DNA from: Candidatus Fermentibacteraceae bacterium
GTDB lineage: Bacteria; Fermentibacterota; Fermentibacteria; Fermentibacterales; JCC-6
Direction of reading: 5' to 3'
Assembly: GCA_027067855.1 (NCBI GenBank)
Contig: JAMOUX010000044.1
Coordinates: 3,965 to 67,964 of the forward strand
DNA: 64,000 nucleotides
Below are positions 16,649-27,115 of this stretch, in pieces. Under the pieces are notes generated by a model, which was given only the letters and a program-made list of their open reading frames with translations, was not told where the DNA came from and ran no database searches. Each line of letters opens with the position of its first letter. The stretch's first letter is position 1. The position numbers were made by a program, and so were the translations under genes.

Positions 16649-18917
16649 CCGGGTTCCCGACTCCTTCCGTTCCGTACATCGCGGCGATCAACTGCCCCGG
16701 GGATATTCCGCCGTCGTTGGGAGGAATCCCCTCATGGCGGACGGGCCGGAATCCTTCATCTTCGAGGAGGCTACAGGCCCTCTTCAGGAGAAGGACATTC
16801 TGAAAACAACCCCCGGTGAGCAGCACCCTGGGTTCCCCCACCCTCTTCGCCGCTTCCAATATCATGTCCGCAAGCGTGTTGTGGAACCTAGCCGAAATGA
16901 TTCCCGTCTTCAACCCCCGTGACCTGTCTTCCAGGATCCCTTCAATCATCGGGGTCCAATTCATCTCCAGCAGGTCATCCCGTTCCACCACCGCGAACGG
17001 ATAGGATTCCGGCGTGTCCACCCCTTCGGCTGCGTGCTGAAGAGCCATGGCGGCATGAGCTTCGAAGTCGTTAACATGAACCAGTCCGAGAAGCGAGGAT
17101 ACCGCATCGAACAACCTACCGACACTCGAAGTCGAAGGAGTGTTCACGTTTTTTTTCAGCATGTCCGTCAACACCACGGCGTCCTCCTCCGTGAATACGC
17201 CCTGACCGATGCGAGAAAGCGGATCATCGCTTATTACGTGCAGCAAGCCCAAGGCGCATCTTCGAGGCTCTCCGGCCGCCGCGTCCCCTCCGGGTAGCGG
17301 AAATATCTTCAGCCTGCCCACTCTCCTCGCACCTTTCCCGGTCACGTGAAAAAATTCACCGCCCCACACCGTCCCGTCGTCTCCGTAACCCGTTCCATCC
17401 CATGCAACACCCAGAAAAGGAGGTTCCAGCCCCGCGTCCAGCATGCAGGAATACACGTGCGCCAGGTGATGCTGTATCTTCAGTACCCTCATGCCGGTTT
17501 CCGCCGCCCACCGGGTGGAGAAGTAATCGGGGTGCATGTCAGACAACACGAGACCGGGATCAATTCCGAACAGCTTCTTCATGTCCGACGCCGCGCGGTC
17601 GAATGCTTCCACCGTCTTTCCGTCTCCCAGGTTCCCGATGTGTTGACTCACGAAAATCCTGTCGGACGCCGATACGGAAACGGTGTTTTTCAAGTGCCCC
17701 CCCACGGCAAGCATGGGAACAGTGCTTTTCCGAAGAGCCCGGAACGGGAACGGCGCGTACCCCCTGGCCCTGCGCACCATCATGACCTTACCCCTGAAAA
17801 CCCTGACCACGGAATCGTCCACGTGCCGCGCTATGGGACGATCATGAACCAGGAACAGATCCGCTGCTCCGCCGAGCCTTGCAAGGGCTTCTCTTTCATC
17901 GGTGCAAATCGGTTCGTCCGTAAGGTTTCCGCTGGTAGCCACCACCGGAACTCCCAGCTCCCGCATGAGGAGTATATGCAATGGAGTATAAGGCAACATT
18001 ACACCCAACTCTCCATTTTCCGGAGCGACGAACCGGGACAGAGCCTCTTCGCCCTTCTTACTTTTCTTAAGCAGGACTATCGGCGCCTGTGGAGAGAGGA
18101 GCAGTTCCTTCTCTTCGGGAAGCACTTCGCAAAAAGCAGATGCGACATCCGGATCTTCCACCATGACGGCAAAGGGTTTTACCCTGCGCCCCTTACGTTT
18201 TCTGAGTTCTCTCACCGAACGATCGGAGTCGGCCCGAACCAGCAGGTGAAAGCCGCCCAATCCCTTGAGCGCGACCACCCGGCCCTCGAGTATGGCTTCG
18301 GATGCCATCAGCAACGCACGGTCTCCCAAACCCAGGGTGTTGCCTTTTTCGTCCCACAGCTCCAACCGGGGACCACACTCCGGGCAAGCGTTCGGCTGGG
18401 CGTGAAATCTCCTGTTCAAGGGATCCCGGTACTCCCGCCTGCACTCGGGACACATATCGAAACTTTTCATCGTAGTGAATCGCCTGTCGTAAGGCATCGA
18501 AAGAATTATGGAAAAACGGGGGCCGCAATCCGTGCAGTTGGTGAAGGGATACCCGTATCTCCTGTCCGACGGATCAAGGATTTCTTCCCTGCATCTCCAG
18601 CACGTGGCGATATCGGGAGGCACAAACACCTCCGGAATTCCTCTCCCGCTCTCCCTTATTTCGAAGCTCTCAGCCCCCAGGGGATCTATTTCTTTCCATC
18701 GGACTCCGTCGACAACGGCCGGACCGGGCTTCTCCAGTTGCAACGCATTCAAGAAAACATCGACGGCATCAGCGTTACCCTCCACTTCGACCAGCACACC
18801 CCGGGGCGTATTCGAAACCCAGCCCGCCAGGCCCAGCCTGCCGGCCAGCCTGTATACGAAGGGGCGGAAACCCACCCCCTGTACCGCGCCTCCGATCTCT
18901 ATCCTTATCCTGCGCAT
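16602..18917 (-). CDS. hypF: Carbamoyltransferase HypF
   Basis: Acylphosphatase VQGVGFRPF, zinc fingers, KGLGGFHL, QHHLAH, PPNDGGIS. Confidence 0.96.
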   Translation of the reverse strand: MRRIRIEIGGAVQGVGFRPFVYRLAGRLGLAGWVSNTPRGVLVEVEGNADAVDVFLNALQLEKPGPAVVDGVRWKEIDPLGAESFEIRESGRGIPEVFVPPDIATCWRCREEILDPSDRRYGYPFTNCTDCGPRFSIILSMPYDRRFTTMKSFDMCPECRREYRDPLNRRFHAQPNACPECGPRLELWDEKGNTLGLGDRALLMASEAILEGRVVALKGLGGFHLLVRADSDRSVRELRKRKGRRVKPFAVMVEDPDVASAFCEVLPEEKELLLSPQAPIVLLKKSKKGEEALSRFVAPENGELGVMLPYTPLHILLMRELGVPVVATSGNLTDEPICTDEREALARLGGAADLFLVHDRPIARHVDDSVVRVFRGKVMMVRRARGYAPFPFRALRKSTVPMLAVGGHLKNTVSVSASDRIFVSQHIGNLGDGKTVEAFDRAASDMKKLFGIDPGLVLSDMHPDYFSTRWAAETGMRVLKIQHHLAHVYSCMLDAGLEPPFLGVAWDGTGYGDDGTVWGGEFFHVTGKGARRVGRLKIFPLPGGDAAAGEPRRCALGLLHVISDDPLSRIGQGVFTEEDAVVLTDMLKKNVNTPSTSSVGRLFDAVSSLLGLVHVNDFEAHAAMALQHAAEGVDTPESYPFAVVERDDLLEMNWTPMIEGILEDRSRGLKTGIISARFHNTLADMILEAAKRVGEPRVLLTGGCFQNVLLLKRACSLLEDEGFRPVRHEGIPPNDGGISPGQLIAAMYGTEGVGNPDVPRSTGQDRKDTER

Positions 18918-19010
18918 ACTCCATCCACGCCCGGAATCATTGACAATAAGCCTTGCGGTATTCTATCATTTTCATTGCCGTGGTACCACTTTCCCCGGAA
19001 AGACCGGTCG

Positions 19011-19367
19011 ATGCATGAGATGACCCTCGCCCAGGACATGATCAGGATAATAGAAAGAACCCTCGGCGGTAAGGTCCGCCTCGAAAGGGTGAACGTCACC
19101 ATAGGACCGCTTGCGGGAATAAGCGGTGAATCGCTTCGTTTTTGCTTCACGGAAATAGCCCGGCTCGAAGATTTCGGCGAACCGGAACTGACGATAAACT
19201 ATACCAAGGCCCGGCTTCTCTGCCTGGACTGCCGGGAGGAATACTCATCGGACGACCTGTTTCATTGCTGCCCCCGCTGCGGTTCAATACGGAAGCGTGT
19301 CCTTTCCGGCAGGGAATTCACCGTGGACAGCGTGGAACTCGAAGAAGGAGAAGAACCCGATGGCTGA
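19011..19367 (+). CDS. hypA: Nickel metallochaperone HypA
   Basis: MHEMTLA start; CLDC...CPRCGS; GREF. This is the 3' end of ORF 17346..19367. Confidence 0.93.
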   Translation: MHEMTLAQDMIRIIERTLGGKVRLERVNVTIGPLAGISGESLRFCFTEIARLEDFGEPELTINYTKARLLCLDCREEYSSDDLFHCCPRCGSIRKRVLSGREFTVDSVELEEGEEPDG

Positions 19368-20022
19368 GGAGAAAAACAGGAAAGTGAAGATTGCCGAGAA
19401 GATACTGGATAAGAATGACCTGATGGCGGCCGTAAACCGGGAATTGCTCTCGGCGAAGGGAATATTCAGTATAAACCTGATAAGCTCTCCGGGAGCGGGA
19501 AAAACGACCATCCTCGAATACATGGCCGGATATTTCGGACCACGCATGGCTGTCATAGAAGGCGATATCCAGACCAGGAGAGACGCCGAACGGGTGGAAA
19601 GAGCCGGTTGCCCGGCGGTCCAGATAGAAACGGGAGGAGCATGCCACCTGGACGCCCTTGCCGTGAAGAAGGCGCTCGAATCCATCGACCTCGATGCGGA
19701 GAACCTTGATCTCCTCGCCATCGAAAACGTGGGAAACCTGATTTGCCCCTCGGGATACGACCTGGGTGAAAACATGAAGATCGGGCTGCTGTCGGTCCCG
19801 GAAGGTGATGACAAGGTGATGAAATATCCCTCGCTCTTCAGCACCGTGGATGTCTTCCTCATCAACAAGATCGATCTCGCTCCGTACCTTGATTTCGACG
19901 TGGACAGGGCTATCGAGGAATGCCGGAACATGAATCCCGATGTAACGGTTTTCACCCTCTCCGCCAAAACCGGAGAAGGCATGGATGATTTCTGCATTTT
20001 CCTCGAATCGAATTTCCATTAG
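19360..20022 (+). CDS. hypB: Nickel incorporation GTPase HypB
   Basis: SSPGAGKTT, GGACHLDA, ENVGNLICP, PEGDDK, NKIDL. Confidence 0.95.
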   Translation: MAEEKNRKVKIAEKILDKNDLMAAVNRELLSAKGIFSINLISSPGAGKTTILEYMAGYFGPRMAVIEGDIQTRRDAERVERAGCPAVQIETGGACHLDALAVKKALESIDLDAENLDLLAIENVGNLICPSGYDLGENMKIGLLSVPEGDDKVMKYPSLFSTVDVFLINKIDLAPYLDFDVDRAIEECRNMNPDVTVFTLSAKTGEGMDDFCIFLESNFH

Positions 20023-20130
20023 GCGGCCCCGCATCCTCACAGGTTTTGAACTCCCAGCCGTACAGAACAACGGGAAAGCGGGGAGAATATCGAAACGCGG
20101 AAAACACATACGAATGAAGCAACTGTTTTT

Positions 20131-20646
20131 TTAATGCATTTCGGAGCGGTGCAAGCCTGTTATAACGCTATAAAGCAGTTCCGGCAGGTATTCCAGCACA
20201 TTTTGAACTTCCGGCGAAAGTGGCGCTGCAAACTCGAGGTTCGAAGGCTGAACGGCAAGTAGAAAAACGGGGGCGTCCGTCTCCCGCTCAATCCTTTCCA
20301 TGACCAGGGCCGGTGAAAGGGAATGGGTCGTGAAACCATTACCGGACGCGATATCCTCTTTTCCCAGGATCTCGACGGAACCCGGTTCCCTTCCAAGGTG
20401 AACGGCATCCACGATGACCACCGTATCCGGGTTCATCCTTTTCACGACTCCCACGCAATTCTCGGGCACCGTTCCCGCATCTACCGCGGGCATTCCGATT
20501 ACCGACAGTCTTTCGACCAATTCGGGTCCTATGGCATCGTCACCCCTGAGAATGTTTCCGACGCCCAGGAAAACAACCTTCCCGCGGAAGTACTTACCGA
20601 TGTCACTCGCCAAGTCACCATGCTCCGGGCGTAACTCACCGGTCAT
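20131..20646 (-). CDS. hycI: Hydrogenase maturation endopeptidase (HycI-like)
   Basis: GVGNILRGDDAIG, AGTVPEN, IVDAV, TTHSL. Confidence 0.88.
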   Translation of the reverse strand: MTGELRPEHGDLASDIGKYFRGKVVFLGVGNILRGDDAIGPELVERLSVIGMPAVDAGTVPENCVGVVKRMNPDTVVIVDAVHLGREPGSVEILGKEDIASGNGFTTHSLSPALVMERIERETDAPVFLLAVQPSNLEFAAPLSPEVQNVLEYLPELLYSVITGLHRSEMH

Positions 20647-20696
20647 AACGTTTACTCATTCCGGGGTTATGCAGCAGAAAATACGGTGAATCGTTG

Positions 20697-21317
20697 CTAT
20701 TCGTCTTCGTACGTGGTCGTCTTCCTTCGACACTCGGCGCAAAGCACTTTGATCCTGTCGGAACGCCACTTGTCGGGGTGAACCGGTTCGAGGTTGTTAT
20801 CCGCAAGGCCCAATTCACGAAGTCTCGACAGGTAAAGCGTGGGATTCGAAAAAGACAGTTCTCCCACCATTCGGGCAAGCCAGAGCAGGTGATCCTTGGT
20901 GGCTACCACCGTACCGCATATCTCGCAAAGCTGCAGTTCCTTCTCTATCGTCTCGTACGCTTTGCTCCTGTCGAAGTAGGAGAGTTCCCACTTGTTGCCG
21001 AGGACTATGGCTTTATCGTCGGATTCCCTTATGCACGCATCCTGGCATACTCCGCAGAAAATACAGTCATCCGTGTAGTGAATCATCACCCTCTTGGGAA
21101 CGTCCACGCCTTCGAGCACGTCCTCGTGGGCGATGGCCGAGGACGGACAAGCCTCCTCGCACGAAAGACAACCCAGGCACTTGTCCCGGTTGAATTCCGG
21201 TTGTCCCCTGAAATTGGGATGGGGAACGTGCGGTTCGACAGGAAATTTAGACGTGTACGGCCCCTTGATCACTGCTTTTACAGCTTCGGCCAATTCTCTA
21301 AGTTTTGGATACCTCAT
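20697..21317 (-). CDS. Group 4 hydrogenase ferredoxin subunit (NuoI/MbhN-like)
   Basis: GPYTSKFP...FRGQP, CLGCLSCEEACP, CIFCGVCQDAC, plus extra CEICG and CAEC. Confidence 0.85.
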   Translation of the reverse strand: MRYPKLRELAEAVKAVIKGPYTSKFPVEPHVPHPNFRGQPEFNRDKCLGCLSCEEACPSSAIAHEDVLEGVDVPKRVMIHYTDDCIFCGVCQDACIRESDDKAIVLGNKWELSYFDRSKAYETIEKELQLCEICGTVVATKDHLLWLARMVGELSFSNPTLYLSRLRELGLADNNLEPVHPDKWRSDRIKVLCAECRRKTTTYEDE

Positions 21318-21352
21318 ATCACCATCCGTAATAATTCGCTGGCGGCCCTTAC

Positions 21353-21691
21353 CTATGCCTCACCTTCATTATCCTCAGCATAACTGTCGACCACGCTCTT
21401 TTCCCACAGCCTGATTCCGGACCTGTGCGCCCCCCTGGAAATCGCGTGGGCCGAAACCGGTGACGTCAGCACCAGGAATACGATGGTTATCAATGCCTTG
21501 ACTCCGGTTTCAGTAAACCCTCCGGAAGCCAGGAAGACGCCAAAGAGAATACTGCAAGTCCCCAAGGTGACACATTTCGTCGCCGACTGCAGTCGGTTGT
21601 AAACATCGGGCAACCTCACCAGGCCCAGGCACCCCAGGACATCGAACGCCAGGCCCACTCCAATGAAAAACATTCCTATGTTGTCAATCAT
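21353..21691 (-). CDS. mrpG: Mrp antiporter subunit G (MbhC-like)
   Basis: GLVRLPDVYNRLQSATK; TSPVSAHAISRGA. Confidence 0.9.
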   Translation of the reverse strand: MIDNIGMFFIGVGLAFDVLGCLGLVRLPDVYNRLQSATKCVTLGTCSILFGVFLASGGFTETGVKALITIVFLVLTSPVSAHAISRGAHRSGIRLWEKSVVDSYAEDNEGEA

Positions 21692-22055
21692 CGAAACTTT
21701 TTCCTTCCAGGTACTTTGAAAGAGCCAGAGTTCCAATGAAGCTCTGAAGGCCCCAGGCGATGCCGATATCGATGTACCAGGAACGACCGGTCGCTATGCT
21801 CAGAACTGCGCAAAGACCTACTATCAGGATACCGAAAATATCTATGGCGACTATCCTGTCCGCGGCCGTCGGACCTCTCGTAACCCTGAACAGTACCATG
21901 AGGGAAGCCAATATCAGGATGTAGACCACCCTTCCCACGAAACCTATGTGAGTCGGGTTGTTTTCAAAGAATACACTCCTGAACGGCAGGGCGATCACCA
22001 AGCCCATCAGGACCAGCAAAACTATCGTACCCAGGATCCATCTGCCAAATATCAT
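21684..22055 (-). CDS. mrpF: Mrp antiporter subunit F (MbhB-like)
   Basis: RVTRGPTAADRIVAID; FIGTLALSKYL. Confidence 0.88.
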   Translation of the reverse strand: MIFGRWILGTIVLLVLMGLVIALPFRSVFFENNPTHIGFVGRVVYILILASLMVLFRVTRGPTAADRIVAIDIFGILIVGLCAVLSIATGRSWYIDIGIAWGLQSFIGTLALSKYLEGKSFDD

Positions 22056-22567
22056 CGTTCTACCGCTTTTTCTTCGAAAATCTTTTTGAGCATCGGTTCG
22101 AACCTGCTGCCTATTTCCTTGAAGGTGGTTTCAGGATCGGTTCCCTTTACGTTTATCCAATGGATATAGAGTATACCGGCATCCTTATCTATGTCCACGG
22201 TAAGTGTACCCGGGGTAAGGGTTATGGAATTGGCGAGAAAAGTCAATCCGGTATCGGATTCGAGGCTGGTTTTCAATCTCACTATTCCCGGCCTTATGGG
22301 CAGGGAGGGATGTATTACCCTGTACGCCACGTCGAAGTTGGCCTTCATCAGCTCCCACACAAAGACCGGCACGTACCAGAAGAGAAAGTAGAAAACTCTG
22401 ATCGGGTTGAAAAGCAAGTGAGGCCGCGTCATGAAGATGGAGCCCATGATGGAGGCGACCAGGATGGAAACCAGTGCGCCGGCCACCATTTGCTGAGTAT
22501 CCGGCACCCACGTGAAAATACACCAGACAGCGAAAGCGAAGATGAACATCATTATTCTGCTCTTCAT
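22052..22567 (-). CDS. mrpE: Mrp antiporter subunit E (MbhA-like)
   Basis: ANFDVAYRV...IRPGIV; LANSITLTPGTLTVD. Confidence 0.9.
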   Translation of the reverse strand: MKSRIMMFIFAFAVWCIFTWVPDTQQMVAGALVSILVASIMGSIFMTRPHLLFNPIRVFYFLFWYVPVFVWELMKANFDVAYRVIHPSLPIRPGIVRLKTSLESDTGLTFLANSITLTPGTLTVDIDKDAGILYIHWINVKGTDPETTFKEIGSRFEPMLKKIFEEKAVER

Positions 22568-22568
22568 C

Positions 22569-24062
22569 TTACACCCCACCCATCCCGATAAGTACCCTTA
22601 CCGCCGGCGACAGGAACATCTTCCGTACCTGGGGCAACAACACCAATCCACCAAGTATGCACGCCAGAGCCAGTATGATAAGGGAAACCCGCATAAGAAG
22701 CGGGACCTCTTTTATCCCGGCGAGTTTCTCCTTCAACTCTCCGAGAAAGGCGTAGCGAGTGATCCTGAACACGTAAACTATGGTGATGATGCTCATCAAG
22801 GCCGCCCAGGCGGCCAACTTCATGTGATGCGCCTGTACCGCCGCTACGATAATCACCAGCTTACTCCAGAATCCCGCAAAAGGCGGTATTCCGGCAAGAG
22901 ACATGGCACCGGCAAGAGCGGTGCCGCCGGTAACGGGCATCTTCCTGTTCAACCCGCCCATTTCCTTCATGTTCCTCGTCCCGGTCGAGTATTCCACGGC
23001 GCCCGAAGCCAGGAAAAGCAGGGATTTGAACATAGAGTGGTTGAAAAGGTGGAACAAGGCTCCCATTACGCCCAGCGGTGTTCCTATACCGAATCCCAGC
23101 ATTATGTAACCCACCTGGCTGATGGAGCTGTACGCGAGCAGTCTCTTCATGTCCCACTGGCGAAGAGCCACCAGTGCTCCGACTCCCATGGATATCGCGG
23201 CGAGCACCAGGAGGATAATGGAAACCTGGTGAGGAAAACCGAAAACGTCAAAGAAGATCCTTGCGATGGTGTAGACTCCCAGGGCCTTTATCAATACGCC
23301 GGACAGCATCGCCGAAATCGGCGCCGGGGCCGATGGGTGGGCATCGGGAAGCCATGCATGGAAGGGAACCAGGGCCGCCTTCAGACCGAAACCCGTCAGG
23401 AGCAATCCGAAAACGAGATATACGAGCCCGCTGTAATGGGTGCCGCTGAGAATCTCTCTCATATCACCCATGTTGAGCGTTCCCGTGGATGCGTAGAGAA
23501 ATACCACCGCCAGAAGAATCAAGAGGGAAGCCATACCCCCCATAACCGCGTACTTGAAGGATGCCTCCAGTTCCCTCTTTCCGACCCCGAACGCCACCAG
23601 CGCGTAGCTTGCTATCGATGCGATTTCTATGAACACGTACATGTTGAACATGTCACCGGTTATCAGCACTCCGTTCATACCGGCAAGCATAAGAAGAAAG
23701 AGGGTGTAGAACTGCCATCTTCCCGTATACCTCTTCATATAGCCGACGGCGTATATCGAAACCCACAGAGCGACGAAGTTCACTATCGCCAACATGAAGA
23801 CGGTGAATCCGTCCAATACCAACCGGATCCCCACCACCTTGCCCATAACCTCGGGAAAACTTCCCCATCCGCCCACGTTAACCGCAAAGGAAGCGCCCGG
23901 AGCCGTATCCAAAATAAAGTGAAGCGAAAGGCAGAAAGAAAACAGGGACGCGAGAACGCCCAGGAGATCGGGTATCCATCCCAGTCTTTTGAAAAGCGCC
24001 GCCAAGAATGCCCCCGCAAGCGGAACAGCAACGAAAAGAGGTATCATACCTTCGTTAATCAT
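22569..24062 (-). CDS. mrpD: Mrp antiporter-like subunit D (MbhH-like)
   Basis: DMFNMYVFIEI; KAALVPFHAWLPDAHPSAP; KRLLAYSSISQ. Confidence 0.9.
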   Translation of the reverse strand: MINEGMIPLFVAVPLAGAFLAALFKRLGWIPDLLGVLASLFSFCLSLHFILDTAPGASFAVNVGGWGSFPEVMGKVVGIRLVLDGFTVFMLAIVNFVALWVSIYAVGYMKRYTGRWQFYTLFLLMLAGMNGVLITGDMFNMYVFIEIASIASYALVAFGVGKRELEASFKYAVMGGMASLLILLAVVFLYASTGTLNMGDMREILSGTHYSGLVYLVFGLLLTGFGLKAALVPFHAWLPDAHPSAPAPISAMLSGVLIKALGVYTIARIFFDVFGFPHQVSIILLVLAAISMGVGALVALRQWDMKRLLAYSSISQVGYIMLGFGIGTPLGVMGALFHLFNHSMFKSLLFLASGAVEYSTGTRNMKEMGGLNRKMPVTGGTALAGAMSLAGIPPFAGFWSKLVIIVAAVQAHHMKLAAWAALMSIITIVYVFRITRYAFLGELKEKLAGIKEVPLLMRVSLIILALACILGGLVLLPQVRKMFLSPAVRVLIGMGGV

Positions 24063-24415
24063 CCCCTCAACTCCCGCATCCTCGTTATGTCAAAAGTGCC
24101 GTACTTGCCGTAGAGTCTTATGGCCAGGGCTATCATAAAAGCAGTGGTTGCAAGTCCTATCACTATGGACGTGAGAACCAGTGCGTGGGGCAGTGGATCC
24201 ACCATGACTTCTGGAAGTATCTCGCCGCGGTTCGGAGAAAAGATGGCGGCCCTGCCGCCGGCCTTGTAGGCCACCATCACCAGGAAAAGATTGACAGCGT
24301 ACTCGGCTATGATGATACCAAGAATTATCTTGATGATGTTCTTCTTGGAGAGTATGGCGAAGATACCGATGCAGAAAAGTACCAGGCAAAGTACGTATGG
24401 CATATACGCGTTCAT
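24059..24415 (-). CDS. mrpC: Mrp antiporter subunit C (MbhG-like)
   Basis: KKNIIKIILG; VDPLPHALVLTSIVIG. Confidence 0.9.
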   Translation of the reverse strand: MNAYMPYVLCLVLFCIGIFAILSKKNIIKIILGIIIAEYAVNLFLVMVAYKAGGRAAIFSPNRGEILPEVMVDPLPHALVLTSIVIGLATTAFMIALAIRLYGKYGTFDITRMRELRG

Positions 24416-24867
24416 TTCTTCTCCGCTTCGAATTTCTGCGCTGCAATGAGAGTCAGAAAGATTCCGAACAGCCCCGCGCCCACTTTCAAAGCTATCGCTA
24501 TGTTCTCCAGCGGGATGATGCCTGCGCTGACGAGTTCGCCGGGTTCTCCGTCGGGATGCATGAAGTTCTTGAAGAATATCCCGTACTTCATGCCTATGAG
24601 GGCCAGGGCCAGGAACAACAAGGCTCCCATGGCCTCTATAACTCCGGTTCCCTCCTTGGAAAGAATACCGGAGGATACCCGTTTACCGAACGCAAGGTCC
24701 AGGTTTATGAAGGAGAGGGCGATTATCACTCCCCCGGCAAAACCTCCACCTGGAGTAATATGACCGTGCAGAACCACGTAAACTCCGTACAGCAGTATCA
24801 ATCCGACAGTAAGCCTGGTCACCGTCTTGACGATGACGGACATTCCCCGTTCCCGCTCTTTACTCAT
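24412..24867 (-). CDS. mrpB: Mrp antiporter subunit B (MbhF-like)
   Basis: HGHITPGGGFAGG. Confidence 0.88.
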   Translation of the reverse strand: MSKERERGMSVIVKTVTRLTVGLILLYGVYVVLHGHITPGGGFAGGVIIALSFINLDLAFGKRVSSGILSKEGTGVIEAMGALLFLALALIGMKYGIFFKNFMHPDGEPGELVSAGIIPLENIAIALKVGAGLFGIFLTLIAAQKFEAEKK

Positions 24868-25402
24868 CGTTCTCCTGCAAATCCTTCTTCCTGCCCATTT
24901 TTCTCATCACGGTGAGAACCCCCACAACCGCCGTGAAAAGCACCGTGGCCTCTCCAAGGGTATCGTAAGCCCTGTAATCCAGAATCACCGAAGTCACGAC
25001 GTTCATCGCCCCGGTGCCCTCGAGCGCATTCAGAGGATAAAACCTGGAAACCGCCATGAGAGGTTCACCGAACGGCGGCATGCCACTTTTGAAAATCAGT
25101 ACCCCGGCATAAGTAGTCAGCACGAGGAAGATAAACGCCACGAATGCCCCGAACGGCCTGTTTCCCAGGAACTTCGATGCTATGTCCCTGTGAAGCGTGG
25201 CCCTGATCAACAATATCACCGCCGCTATTTCCACCACCAACTGCGTAAGAGCCACGTCGGGAGCTTTCAACAGGAGGAACACGACGGAAAGCCCCAATCC
25301 CACTACTCCCACGGCCACTACCGCGGAAAGCAGGTTCTTTACTTCAACGGCTATAACGGCTCCCGCAATCATCAGGCCGAGCAGAACGTACAACTCAATC
25401 AT
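24860..25402 (-). CDS. Fused MbhD/MbhE-like subunit (MrpA C-terminal domains)
   Basis: KAPDVALTQLVVE and NVVTSVILDYRAYDTLGE. Confidence 0.85.
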   Translation of the reverse strand: MIELYVLLGLMIAGAVIAVEVKNLLSAVVAVGVVGLGLSVVFLLLKAPDVALTQLVVEIAAVILLIRATLHRDIASKFLGNRPFGAFVAFIFLVLTTYAGVLIFKSGMPPFGEPLMAVSRFYPLNALEGTGAMNVVTSVILDYRAYDTLGEATVLFTAVVGVLTVMRKMGRKKDLQENDE

Positions 25403-25420
25403 AATATTCCCAACACCCCG

Positions 25421-27115
25421 TCAAACAAGCACTACGCACAACACCACGAGACCCGCCAGGAACCACAGGAAGTACCTCGAAAGTACCCCGTTGTGCATGA
25501 ACGATAAAATTATTCCGAAAGCACGAGCCGTTTTCTGCAGCACCTCGTAGAGATCGAAGAACTGTTTTTCGGCCAGGGAATACATGCTTTTCAGAAAACC
25601 AAGGTTCTTTATCGTACGGTAGAACTCGACGCCGGACACCCGCATATCCGGGTGATCCTCCAGGGTTTCGCCCCCCACGAAGGGAGCTACCTCCCTGGCG
25701 TTTTTGAGAGTTCCCGCCATGTACACCAGGTAGCCGGCCAGGAAACCCAATATCATCACGACGGCTACTATCCCCGAATGCCATATACCGGGCATGGCGA
25801 ACCCGGGCCCGATCTCGGGTCTGAAGTAATCATCGAAGGGAATTTTCCAGGCCAGTATTCCAAGTACGATGCATAGAAACGAAAGAACCGCCAGGGGAAT
25901 CATCGTGGAGAAGTTTATCTTGCCGATCTTCCTCATGGCCTTTTCGGACAATTCGGAGGGTTGGCCCAGGAAAATGGCGTGAACAAGTTTCATGAAGCTC
26001 GCGAGAGTCAGGGCGCTTCCCAGCATGGCCGCCACGAGCCACACTGCCCAGAGTCTTCCCCCGCTTTCGAGAATACCGTGGTACAGCATCCATTTAGATG
26101 CGAAACCGTTGAAGGGGGGAACACCGGATATCGAAAGCGAGCACACCAGGAAAGCGGCAAAGACCAGAGGCATCTTTTTGGCAAGCCCGCCCAGCTTCGA
26201 CAGGTCGGAAGTACCGGTCACTCTTTCCACTTCCCCGCCGGCCATGAAAAGCCCCGTCTTGTATATGGTATTGTTGAACATGTGAAAGAGAGCGCCAGCG
26301 ATTCCCACCGGATTCCCGGTTCCTATTCCGAGAACCATGTACCCTACCTGGCTTACCGCGTGGTAACCCAGAAGTTTCTTGAAATCATGCTGTACCAGCG
26401 CCATCATCACGGCCGCCATGATGGTTATGCTGCCCAGCGCCATCAGTACGGTATTCATGGCCTGGTTCATGACGAAGACCTCCAGGGTCACCTTCGCCAG
26501 GAAATAGATACCCAGTATCTTGTCCAATGAAGCCGGAAGAAACGCCGTAACCGGAACGGGAGCGTTACGGGCGGTTTCGGGCAGCCAGGTATGGAACGGC
26601 ATGGCGCCGGCCTTCGCGAAAGCGGCCGATGCAAGGCAGAGGTACGCTATCACCGCTCCGGTGCTGTTGAGTTTAATGCCCAGATTACCGATCGGCAACC
26701 TGAAAAGTCCTTCCAGCCCGGTTCCGCCGTCATAACGTATACTCCATATAAGCACGATGCCCAGCAGTAATAAAACATCCGTACCACCTATTATCGCCAG
26801 GGCTTTTCCCGCCGCGTCCGGGGTTCCATCACCCCGTCCGAAGCCTATGAGCAAGTAGAGCATGAAACCGATAAATCCCCATAAGACCATGAGCACCATG
26901 AATGTAGTGGAGAAAAGAACGCCGAGGGTCGCGACGTACGTAAGCACCAGGTACGTGTAATATTTCCAGAGCCCCTTGACCCCCTTCATGTGTTTGAAAG
27001 AGTAGATCATGGTCAAAACGAAAAACATCGTTGCGAACACGGCACACGTGCAGGAAAGAGGAGTTACTGCAAAATAACCGTCGGGGTTCCGCAGAACGTC
27101 CATCAGGTAACTCAT
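25421..27115 (-). CDS. Second antiporter-like subunit (NuoL/MrpA/HyfB-like)
   Basis: KAGAMPFHTWLP, KKLLGYHAVSQVGY, PPFNGFASKW; C-terminal lateral-helix-like segment ending HNGVLSRY. Confidence 0.85.
   Translation of the reverse strand: MSYLMDVLRNPDGYFAVTPLSCTCAVFATMFFVLTMIYSFKHMKGVKGLWKYYTYLVLTYVATLGVLFSTTFMVLMVLWGFIGFMLYLLIGFGRGDGTPDAAGKALAIIGGTDVLLLLGIVLIWSIRYDGGTGLEGLFRLPIGNLGIKLNSTGAVIAYLCLASAAFAKAGAMPFHTWLPETARNAPVPVTAFLPASLDKILGIYFLAKVTLEVFVMNQAMNTVLMALGSITIMAAVMMALVQHDFKKLLGYHAVSQVGYMVLGIGTGNPVGIAGALFHMFNNTIYKTGLFMAGGEVERVTGTSDLSKLGGLAKKMPLVFAAFLVCSLSISGVPPFNGFASKWMLYHGILESGGRLWAVWLVAAMLGSALTLASFMKLVHAIFLGQPSELSEKAMRKIGKINFSTMIPLAVLSFLCIVLGILAWKIPFDDYFRPEIGPGFAMPGIWHSGIVAVVMILGFLAGYLVYMAGTLKNAREVAPFVGGETLEDHPDMRVSGVEFYRTIKNLGFLKSMYSLAEKQFFDLYEVLQKTARAFGIILSFMHNGVLSRYFLWFLAGLVVLCVVLV

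Noticed and set aside
17346-19010. Apparent 673-aa HypA fusion
   Set aside because: The upstream part is antisense to hypF; HypA starts at the conserved MHE (19011).
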